A DNA stretch of 64,000 nt from Candidatus Obscuribacterales bacterium (lineage in GTDB: Bacteria > Cyanobacteriota > Vampirovibrionia > Obscuribacterales > Obscuribacteraceae): positions 19,627-83,626 of the forward strand of contig CASBPX010000109.1 of assembly GCA_949127735.1 (NCBI GenBank). Reading direction: 5' to 3'. Below the pieces are notes generated by a model, which ran no database searches, had not been told where the DNA came from, and saw only the letters and a program-made list of their open reading frames with translations. Both the position numbers and the translations under genes were made by a program. Position 1 is the first letter of the stretch. Each line of letters opens with the position of its first letter. Of this stretch, positions 54,309 to 62,247 are shown piece after piece.

Positions 54309-54691
54309 GATATTGCCGCGCTCGGCGGAGAGCTAAATTAGTCAGTCTAAGTAACTGTGATATTCATCTGTTACCAGCAACCTTTGCTCTGCAAATATTT
54401 TAAAACCAAAAATAAACGTGAGCCGGAATTTCTAAATATTTTTTTTATGGATTGATAACTTTGGCTTGCAGAATCGTGCTGTGCCTGGTTTTGCTAGTTT
54501 TCTTAAAAATGGAAAAAACCTCTTGCCAGCCGCCAGAGTTTTTGATAATTTGGTTTTGGAAAGTTCAATTTCCATTCGTTAGACAACTTCAAAATCTTGC
54601 TTTAAAAGGAGGCTTTGCAGTTAGAACGTTTAAAAAATGAATAGTTCCTGACTAATTAGAAACCGGCTCGCCATGCTGGTTGTAGATGATA

Positions 54692-54728
54692 GGCGATCTC
54701 GGTTCACCGGGGTCGCCTTTTGCTTTTG
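54692..54728 (+). terminator. Orphan hairpin plus T-tract in the 580-bp intergenic region
   Basis: ggcgatctc-ggttcacc-ggggtcgcc followed by ttttgcttttg. The only upstream ORF is a doubtful 62-aa one (54452-54640). Confidence 0.4.
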
Positions 54729-54849
54729 ATGTGCTTAGACCATGCCGCAAGAGATTCCTGGTTGATGAGACCGGCTCTCGAAGGCTATTTACGTTGACTC
54801 GGCCGCCAGGCCGTCTTTATTTAAATAGACTGAAGGAGGTAAAGCTCAT

Positions 54850-55308
54850 ATGAATTACGGTGCTATCTTGAAAAGAGATATACAGGCTGGAAATCCAAAT
54901 TGTTCACCACGCCTGTTAGCAGCGCTAGCCAACAGTAAAGTAGATCGAATCAGGTTGCGAGTTGCTGAAAACCCTAACACTGCTGCGGATGTTTTGGATT
55001 TTCTCTCTCGGGATGAAAATGCGGATGTTCGAATCGCTGTGGGCGTTAACCCTTCGACACCAAGCCATATCAGTAACCGGTTGGCTTTCGATCAAGATCT
55101 GAATGTGAGGTTCGGATTGGCAGAAGATGTTAATTGCCCAGCGGAACTACTCGACAAGCTCAGTCGCGATGCGAATCCGTATATAAGTTGTAGGGCAGAG
55201 CAAACTAAGCATCTGCTAACGGCAGAAAGTAGAGCGAGCAATATTGACTGCCATCGACTATTTCGTTGGATTAGAGAGACAGATCAATCTGGTCTCAGAT
55301 ATGCGTAA
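54850..55308 (+). CDS. HEAT/LRV-type helical repeat protein
   Basis: GGAGG RBS. Repeats of ..(V/I)R..VA.NPN.P...L..L..D: RIRLRVAENPNTAADVLDFLSRDENADVRIAVGVNPSTP..., LNVRFGLAEDVNCPAELLDKLSRD. Confidence 0.6.
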   Translation: MNYGAILKRDIQAGNPNCSPRLLAALANSKVDRIRLRVAENPNTAADVLDFLSRDENADVRIAVGVNPSTPSHISNRLAFDQDLNVRFGLAEDVNCPAELLDKLSRDANPYISCRAEQTKHLLTAESRASNIDCHRLFRWIRETDQSGLRYA

Positions 55309-55335
55309 AGTGAGGTTTTGAGAAAATATCAAGCC

Positions 55336-55367
55336 AAGAAGAGCCACCGATAGCGGTGGCTCTTCTT
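55336..55367 (+). terminator. Perfect 14-bp stem-loop after the HEAT/LRV gene
   Basis: aagaagagccaccg-atag-cggtggctcttctt. No strong T-tract follows. Confidence 0.55.
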
Positions 55368-55463
55368 CAAAATACGCTAAAGATTGAAATAGTAAAAGCC
55401 TTTAACGGGAGCCCCATGCTTGGGGCTCCCACTTCATTTGAACAATCCAGCAGAGCTGGTAAT

Positions 55464-55619
55464 GGACATCGGACTATGGTCATCGGACATCGGACAATGA
55501 ACATTCGGACTCGGACAATGAACATTCGGACATCGGACAATGAACATTCGGACTCGTACATCGGACTCGTACATCGGACTCGTACATCGGACTCGTACAT
55601 CGGACTCGTACATCGGACA
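55464..55619. repeat. Composite non-coding tandem repeat built on a CGGAC core
   Basis: Three copies of cggacaatgaacattcgga at 21-22 bp period (55491, 55512, 55534). Then five perfect copies plus a partial one of the 13-mer tcggactcgtaca (55548-55618). Degenerate catcgga units lie 5' of these. Confidence 0.92.
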
Positions 55620-55859
55620 TTTACTTTTATACCAAAAAATATTTGACTCCGCTACAGTTTTTTTCGAATTTCACAATCTTTAACATGGCTGTCAGCTTGG
55701 CTCTCGGGCGCTTTCTCCGGACCCTTATCTGTTCAGCTTTTGACATTGTCTCCGGCCCATACATTTGTATGTTCGGCAGGTGGTACCAGTCTCGGCAGTG
55801 GTATCATGTGATATGCTTGATAAAGCATTTAATCTAAAGTAAAAGGCTGTATCAAGCGT

Positions 55860-56201
55860 ATGGCTCGTCATAACAAGTTGCTGGAATCGCCACCGTTTGC
55901 CGTAGAGCAGGCACTTGTTCAACTGGGAGATAACCTCAGGCTGGCTAGAATTAGACGCAGTATGACTATCGCCGATGCTGCCGAACGCATTGGCACAGGG
56001 CCGCGAGCGGTGATGGATGCCGAAAAGGGCAAACCGGCAACCGGAATAGTGGTCTATGCCGCTTTGCTCTGGCTCTACAATCAACTTGACCAGTTGGGAG
56101 ATGTGGCTGACCCATCAAAAGACAAGGAAGGTTTGATACTAGATTCGGTGCACAAGCGTCAGCGTGTACGCAAAATTCGTGGTATTGATAATGACTTCTA
56201 A
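55860..56201 (+). CDS. hipB: HipB-like XRE-family HTH antitoxin
   Basis: HTH LGDNLRLARIRRSMTIADAAERIGTGPRAVMDAEKG. Its 3' end overlaps the hipA start by 11 nt. Confidence 0.75.
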   Translation: MARHNKLLESPPFAVEQALVQLGDNLRLARIRRSMTIADAAERIGTGPRAVMDAEKGKPATGIVVYAALLWLYNQLDQLGDVADPSKDKEGLILDSVHKRQRVRKIRGIDNDF

Positions 56202-57456
56202 AGAATCAGAATCTGAATGTTTTGTCTACATCACATTGCCGCACGCAACTACTGGTGTCACTGCCGGTCGTTTTGAAATTACAAAGGACAAGCTTGGTAA
56301 TAGCACCGGTAAATTTATTTACGGGAGAACATATTTATCACGCAGCGATGCAGTAGACATAGATCCAGTTGAATTAAAGTTAGGCGAAGATCTCTTCCGG
56401 ACTGCACGCCTGGAGGGTGTGTTTAGCTCACTGCGAGATGCGGGTCCTGATTTTTGGGGACGCCACGTTATTGAACGGCATTCGGGAAAAATCGCGCTGA
56501 GTGAAATCGATTATCTTCTGGAGTCGCCCGATGATCGAGCCGGAGCACTCGGATTTGGATTGAATCAAAAACCTCCGGCACCGATGCGAAAATATAATAA
56601 AACCATTGATCTGGCGCGCCTTCAGCAGATCGCAGACAAATTACTCAGAGAAGAAAATGTGAATACAGAGCTTGAATCTATTCAAGTTCGAGAATTGCTC
56701 CTCCTTCAAACGTCGATGGGGGGAGCCAGGCCCAAGGCGGTTGTCGAGGATGAAACCGGTCTTTGGGTGGCCAAATTTTCGCGTCCAGATGATCGCTGGA
56801 ATAATCCGTTGGTCGAGCATGCAATGCTTGTACTTGCTCGACAATGTGGAATTAACGCAGCGATCAGTCGTGTAGAAAATATTGGCGGTAAAGAAGTACT
56901 TCTGGTGCAAAGATTCGATCGCAATAAAACCAGTCTGGGTTATGTCCGAGCAAGAATGATTAGCGGCTTAACGCTGCTTCGAGCAGACGAATCGCCTTTG
57001 CGACGCGAACGTTGGTCATATGTATTGATGGCAGAAGAGTTACGTAGAGTGGTGGCAGAGCCCAAGCGAGATGCAGCAGAACTGTTTCGTCGTATTTGCT
57101 TTAATTCACTTATTTCCAACATTGATGACCATCCACGTAACCACGCACTGATCTCCTTTGACAAGGGTTGGAAACTTTCGCCGGCTTACGACCTGACGCC
57201 CTCATTGGCGGTATCGCAAGAGCGGCGTGACCTGGCTTTAGAGTGCGGAAATCTTGGACGTTATGCCAACGCTAAAAATCTACTGAGCCAGTGCTCACGG
57301 TTTTTACTTGCGGAAGCAGAAGCAAATCAAATCATTTCAGATATGGCTGCCCACGTTGAAGCAAACTGGCATAGTGTCGCGCGATCACAAGGCGTAAGCG
57401 AGCGCGACGCAAGAACGATTAAGGAAGCTTTCAATTATCCAGGCTTCTCACTGTAG
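56191..57456 (+). CDS. hipA: HipA-family Ser/Thr kinase toxin
   Basis: N-terminal coupling domain. SMGGARPKAVVED. Catalytic NIDDHPRNHALI. SPAYDLTP. About 420 aa. Confidence 0.88.
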   Translation: MTSKESESECFVYITLPHATTGVTAGRFEITKDKLGNSTGKFIYGRTYLSRSDAVDIDPVELKLGEDLFRTARLEGVFSSLRDAGPDFWGRHVIERHSGKIALSEIDYLLESPDDRAGALGFGLNQKPPAPMRKYNKTIDLARLQQIADKLLREENVNTELESIQVRELLLLQTSMGGARPKAVVEDETGLWVAKFSRPDDRWNNPLVEHAMLVLARQCGINAAISRVENIGGKEVLLVQRFDRNKTSLGYVRARMISGLTLLRADESPLRRERWSYVLMAEELRRVVAEPKRDAAELFRRICFNSLISNIDDHPRNHALISFDKGWKLSPAYDLTPSLAVSQERRDLALECGNLGRYANAKNLLSQCSRFLLAEAEANQIISDMAAHVEANWHSVARSQGVSERDARTIKEAFNYPGFSL

Positions 57457-57578
57457 AGCTTGCTGACGTATGCACCTCGCCGTCCTCGCACGTTCACAGA
57501 ATCTTCACAAAAGTGCTGTATGTCGTCGGTGTGAGCCGTTTAGATAATCCAGCTTATTTTGACCAGGATACCCGACCA

Positions 57579-57968
57579 ATGAACCCAGTAGCCAACAGAA
57601 GAGCTCTAATTGTAGACGACCAAGGCGTGACACGCTTTGCCACTAGAGTCATCACTGAAGAGCTGGGTTTCGAAGTAGATGAGGCTCAGAACAGTGCCGA
57701 TGCCGTCGAAAAAGCCGTCTTGCAGTGCTATCAGTTAATCTTGCTGGATTTTGATATGCCTGGAGTGAACGGTGCAGAATGCGCTAAGCAAATTCGACAG
57801 TTGGATAATTTTTCGAGCCAAAACACAGTCATATTTTGTTTGAGCGCTAGCAGCGACCCTCAAATTAAGGAGGCTTGCTTGGAGGCAGGCATGGATGGTT
57901 ATATAGAAAGACCTTGCCTTGAGTCGAACCTGGCCGCCGCCATAGATGGATGGAGCGCCGCCCAATAG
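57579..57968 (+). CDS. Single-domain response regulator (CheY-like receiver)
   Basis: ALIVDDQGVTR, LILLDFDMPGVNG (phospho-Asp), LSAS..., GMDGYIERP. No output domain. Confidence 0.82.
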   Translation: MNPVANRRALIVDDQGVTRFATRVITEELGFEVDEAQNSADAVEKAVLQCYQLILLDFDMPGVNGAECAKQIRQLDNFSSQNTVIFCLSASSDPQIKEACLEAGMDGYIERPCLESNLAAAIDGWSAAQ

Positions 57969-57988
57969 TGCGAGTTTGAGCGTTGATG

Positions 57989-58011
57989 AGAGGTACAATA
58001 GCTGTACCTCT
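57989..58011 (+). terminator. 9-bp hairpin between the receiver gene and the next ORF
   Basis: agaggtaca-atagc-tgtacctct. No T-tract, so this may be an attenuator or processing structure rather than a terminator. Confidence 0.35.
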
Positions 58012-58025
58012 GGAGTTTACTCAAC

Positions 58026-58973
58026 GTGATTGCCATCGAAAAGGTTCGAGACCTCGTAATCGAGCCACTCGGAGAGGACCGCCCGGCTTATATCGTTTCA
58101 GCAAGCGGGCTTGTCAGGATAGATAACCGAGTCGTAATCGTCGCTGATGATGAATTTCATTTGGCACAGTTTGATTTGAAGAGCAACCAGCCAGGCACCT
58201 GGATCAAATTGCTGCCTGGTGCGCTTGCGAGCAACTATAAAGAAAGAAAAAAACAGAAGCCCGATTTGGAAACAATAACGCACATTCACCCTGGTGCTCA
58301 CGCAGCCGATGGCGCACTGCTGGTGGTGCCATCGATGTCACGTCCTAATCGTATTACAGGAGCAATGCTCAGATTAGAAAAGAATGTTATTGTCAATGAA
58401 TCGCCAGTGCCAATAGACTTTTCAGATATTCAGAAAAAGCTTGCTGAATCAATCAATGGATTGAATGTAGAAGGTATGGCTATTGCGGAAAAAGTGACAA
58501 AGATTTTTCACCGCGGTAGCAAGAAGAAAGGCAAAAGTGTTGTGATTGAACTCGACACCAAAGCTTTTTTGCACGATTTGTATGATACGCACAAACCAAT
58601 GAGCGCTTGTATTGCAACGCTGAGAGAATATAATCTGGGCGAAATCGATGGTGTCGACCTCGAGTTTACCGATGCAGTGTCCATGCCTGATGGACGCATA
58701 ATATTTTTGGCCACCGCTGAGGCCACTGATGATGAATATAAAGACGGCGCAAGTCTTGGTTCGGCATTGGGAATCATGGCCGCGAACGGAGATATTGAAC
58801 AAATCATTCGCATCACTGGCCGAGAAAAGTTTGAAGGAATTTGCGCAAATTATGTATCTATTGAACCTAGCAAAGCCAGCACCGCGAACAATTTGGAGCT
58901 GCTGTTAGTATCTGATACCGACAACGAAAAGATACCATCTAATCTCTACCGCGCATCTGTAAGTCTTAACTGA
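58026..58973 (+). CDS. Hypothetical protein (315 aa)
   Basis: GTG start 10 nt after GGAG. Beta-rich sequence, no family recognised. Confidence 0.5.
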   Translation: MIAIEKVRDLVIEPLGEDRPAYIVSASGLVRIDNRVVIVADDEFHLAQFDLKSNQPGTWIKLLPGALASNYKERKKQKPDLETITHIHPGAHAADGALLVVPSMSRPNRITGAMLRLEKNVIVNESPVPIDFSDIQKKLAESINGLNVEGMAIAEKVTKIFHRGSKKKGKSVVIELDTKAFLHDLYDTHKPMSACIATLREYNLGEIDGVDLEFTDAVSMPDGRIIFLATAEATDDEYKDGASLGSALGIMAANGDIEQIIRITGREKFEGICANYVSIEPSKASTANNLELLLVSDTDNEKIPSNLYRASVSLN

Positions 58974-58996
58974 TCTATGCAAAGGCTGTTAATCAC

Positions 58997-60043
58997 ATGA
59001 TCGGAATAATAGGCGCTACGGGTTTCACAGGCAGGCTTGTTGCCAGCGAATTACAAAAACGCCAGGCGAACTTTTTTATTGGTGGCAGAAATGAGCAATC
59101 GTTACGTGCACTCTCCGAAAGTTTAGGTGGAACTTCGTATCGCGTTATTGACGTGCAAGATGGTTCAACATTTAGAGCCCTTGATGGCTGTACTACAATT
59201 ATTAATTGCGCAGGACCATTTACTGATTTTGGCGAACCTGTCGTGCAAGCGGCAATTGCCAGACGAGCACACTATCTTGATACAACCGGCGAACAGGGCT
59301 TTATCAAACTTGTCTACGATAGGTATCATGAACAGGCAAAAGCTGCAGGCATAGTTCTTGTGCCGGCGTGTGCTTACGAATATGCAATTGGTGACGCACT
59401 CGGAGCCCAACTGTGTATTGATTTTCCAGAATGCAGAAACATTGAAATGATTTACAGCATGGACGAAATGCATACCAGCCCAGGCACTCGCAAAAGTGTG
59501 GTGCGCGCGGTGGCGGCTTCAGGTTTTTCATTGAAAAACGGCAAGTTCGTCGAAGGCAAGCCAGCTGCTATTGTAAGAAAAGCTCAAGTTGATGGGCGAA
59601 CCGTTTCGATTATGTCTTTTCCTGCAGGAGAAGCGTTCATGCTGCCGCGGCATACAGAAGTGCAAAACGTTGATAGCTTTATGACGGCGAAGGCACCACT
59701 TGTGGTGCTTCAAGGCATGGCAGCTTTGGGTCAAATGGCGATGAATGTAGCAGGCGATTTTATCGTCAGTAAGATCACTACTGGTGCGCCATCTATCGAG
59801 CAGCGTCAAAACTCGAAGTTTTTAATTCAAGCAAATACAAAAGTCGATGGCACGGCGCACGGCATCACGGTAACTGGCGCGGATCCGTATTTACTCACTG
59901 CGATTATCATCAGTGAGGCTGCGCTTAATTTACAGAGCAGCTCGCGAGACGAGCGTGGTGCGATAACACCTGCCATGATTGGTGGCGCAGATTTTATTCG
60001 AAAGCTGTTGGAAGGTGCGGGCTCTAAGTGGATTGCTTCGTAA
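58997..60043 (+). CDS. Saccharopine-dehydrogenase-like NAD(P)-binding oxidoreductase
   Basis: Rossmann start MIGIIGATGFTGRLV, NCAGPF, YLDTTGE. Confidence 0.7.
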   Translation: MIGIIGATGFTGRLVASELQKRQANFFIGGRNEQSLRALSESLGGTSYRVIDVQDGSTFRALDGCTTIINCAGPFTDFGEPVVQAAIARRAHYLDTTGEQGFIKLVYDRYHEQAKAAGIVLVPACAYEYAIGDALGAQLCIDFPECRNIEMIYSMDEMHTSPGTRKSVVRAVAASGFSLKNGKFVEGKPAAIVRKAQVDGRTVSIMSFPAGEAFMLPRHTEVQNVDSFMTAKAPLVVLQGMAALGQMAMNVAGDFIVSKITTGAPSIEQRQNSKFLIQANTKVDGTAHGITVTGADPYLLTAIIISEAALNLQSSSRDERGAITPAMIGGADFIRKLLEGAGSKWIAS

Positions 60044-60054
60044 TTGCGAGTGTT

Positions 60055-60444
60055 CTAGCGCTTAGTCGAATCTTTCACGACTTCCCTGTGCGAGCCGCTG
60101 TAGGACCGCCAGTTGTGTTCTTGAAAGAGCGGCTGAGGTATAGCGAACTGTTTGTACTCTTGTAAGTTCAATGAGAGTTCAGTCTTTCCTCTTACTCCAG
60201 CCAACTGGCGAACTTCCAGCGATAGCACCGGCAAGTGTTTTTCTGGTTCTTGAAGTCGATGTTGGGCGTTTAGGCCTTGCACTGCGGCGAGCACGTCTGA
60301 GCGCTCGCGGAATGATGCGGCGCAGTTCAGCGATGACTCTAGTAATTTTGTATTTCCAGCTTCTGACTGGCGGGTAATTGTTTCAAGATCAAGTGATTTT
60401 GAACCCGGCCGAATCGTACTGTCGCATTTGTCAATCTCGGTCAT
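60055..60444 (-). CDS. Hypothetical protein (129 aa)
   Basis: ORF convergent with the upstream gene. No family recognised. Confidence 0.4.
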   Translation of the reverse strand: MTEIDKCDSTIRPGSKSLDLETITRQSEAGNTKLLESSLNCAASFRERSDVLAAVQGLNAQHRLQEPEKHLPVLSLEVRQLAGVRGKTELSLNLQEYKQFAIPQPLFQEHNWRSYSGSHREVVKDSTKR

Positions 60445-60689
60445 AAAACCCTCCTGGCTGTCGATAGGTTTAGACTATCTGACTTTCCAGGCAGATTGGG
60501 GTCAGAATATTGGCAGATTCTGGGCAGTGGGCGACGATACAAGCCCACGGGTGCATTTATCCGACATATGCCGATCAGACAGTGCCTATTAGAGTTGGGC
60601 TCTCTGTGGCGCGGGCTAAGCAGATTGTCATATGCAAAACGGGAAAATCTTGTACGCTTTGTAGCTCATGGGTGGCGCGGGTTGAGCAA

Positions 60690-62021
60690 ATGAATTATCG
60701 ATTAGTCTTGTGGTCGTTACATACTTCGATTACGCTGTGCCTGCTGTTCTATTCCACATCGAGTGCCAGTGCCGCTGACAGGGCTTCAACCGACAAATTG
60801 GTTAGGGTGCCACTCTATTTCGTTACAGACCGAAACCTGCAACCAAGCAAAAGCGGTGAGGCCCATTATGGCCCTCACCGCAAATATATAAATGACTGCA
60901 GGCACGATCCGTTTATGGGAACGGTCTACTGTGTTGTAGAAAATGTAGATAAAAAACCTCTCACCAGTCACCTTCAAGATTTAGGCTGGGCAAAGGCCGA
61001 ACCCAAAGACAAGTTGGGCGCGATTACCGCGGCACCTTTGAACGACGACAGTTTCGAAAAAATCCAGTCTGACTTTTACGAAAAAGTGCAGGCCAAAGCG
61101 TTGCTGACTGATGACAAAAATCTTTTGCTGTTTGCGCACGGATACAACATGACCTTCGTCAATGCCGCTCGTATAGCCGCTGACCTCGCCTACAATTCTG
61201 AGCGACCACTGATCTTTTATTCGTGGCCATCAGTGGGCAAATTGCGTTCCTACGACACTGACGAAACAAATGTAGAGTGGAGCCAGGAGCACTTTAACGA
61301 TGCCATACTGCGCATCGAAAAAATGTGCACTGACAATTCGCTCAAGCTTCGATTGATTGCACACAGCATGGGAAACCGACTTTTAGTGAGGGCAACTCCG
61401 CTACTGCGCGAGAAACCACACGTGGTGGAAGCAGCGCTGATTTGTCCAGACGTTGACGACGGTTTGGTTCAGCATTACGTCAGACAATATGCGAGCCCCA
61501 AAGGCACCACTATTCTTCGCGTTTATATGTCCCGTCGTGATAAGGCTCTGGCACTATCGCAGCTGGTGCATGGGGGATACACACGGCTGGGTGAACAAGC
61601 CGATGCTCTGGGTGGATGGGTAGCTAAGACTCTGTCGGCAAAGGATGAAAGCACGGCGCCCGCGACTAAAAGCGAAGATACTGAATTAACGAAAATGTTC
61701 GCAGCGATTAGCAAACGCATGCAGACGATCGATTTCACAAATATCGACACCGGATTCATCGGGCACACTGTGCCGGCTAAGTTGGTTTGCGATATGTCAT
61801 TCACTAATGCACCACCGGCAGGGCTGGAGTTCAACATTGAAAAATCAGGATTGCGTAGCGGATTAAGCAATTTCTTTACTAAAGTGACCAAGCTAAAACC
61901 TACAAGCGAAGCCACTCTTTCGGGTGATGTTTTGCACGTGGTGCGCGTGAGCGGTGCGAAAGCGAAAGGTGCGCAGGAAGCAGAGACGCAAATCAGCAAA
62001 TTAAAATCTGGGGCTCTGTGA
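60690..62021 (+). CDS. Alpha/beta hydrolase of the DUF900 type, secreted or anchored
   Basis: The ATG at 60690 gives a signal-like N-terminus (LVLWSLHTSITLCLLFYSTSSASA). LLLFAHGYNMTF, FYSWPS, nucleophile elbow AHSMGN. Confidence 0.7.
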   Translation: MNYRLVLWSLHTSITLCLLFYSTSSASAADRASTDKLVRVPLYFVTDRNLQPSKSGEAHYGPHRKYINDCRHDPFMGTVYCVVENVDKKPLTSHLQDLGWAKAEPKDKLGAITAAPLNDDSFEKIQSDFYEKVQAKALLTDDKNLLLFAHGYNMTFVNAARIAADLAYNSERPLIFYSWPSVGKLRSYDTDETNVEWSQEHFNDAILRIEKMCTDNSLKLRLIAHSMGNRLLVRATPLLREKPHVVEAALICPDVDDGLVQHYVRQYASPKGTTILRVYMSRRDKALALSQLVHGGYTRLGEQADALGGWVAKTLSAKDESTAPATKSEDTELTKMFAAISKRMQTIDFTNIDTGFIGHTVPAKLVCDMSFTNAPPAGLEFNIEKSGLRSGLSNFFTKVTKLKPTSEATLSGDVLHVVRVSGAKAKGAQEAETQISKLKSGAL

Positions 62022-62247
62022 TTGGTTGCTGAATGGCCGCTCGACTGGCAAACGAAAATTTTGTACTGCAGCGAAATATAAATTGAAGTGAAACACTCTT
62101 TGTTGTGCGAAGATGTATCCTCAAATGCATACTCGGTGATGCTTGACTACTGGAGTCCTTGGTATCCGTCACGTTTTCGAAAGTAAATTGGGGCCGCCGG
62201 AACAAAAGCGCACCCCAGTAAGTCTTTGCGTAGTGAACTGAGGGAAT

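Noticed and set aside
55356-55646. ORFs of 96 aa (plus) and 77 aa (minus) across the tandem repeat; also considered a CRISPR array
   Set aside because: The 13-nt period is not a multiple of 3, and the peptide periodicity is just the 39-nt super-period. There are no unique spacers between repeats, the units are far shorter than CRISPR repeats, and there are no cas genes.
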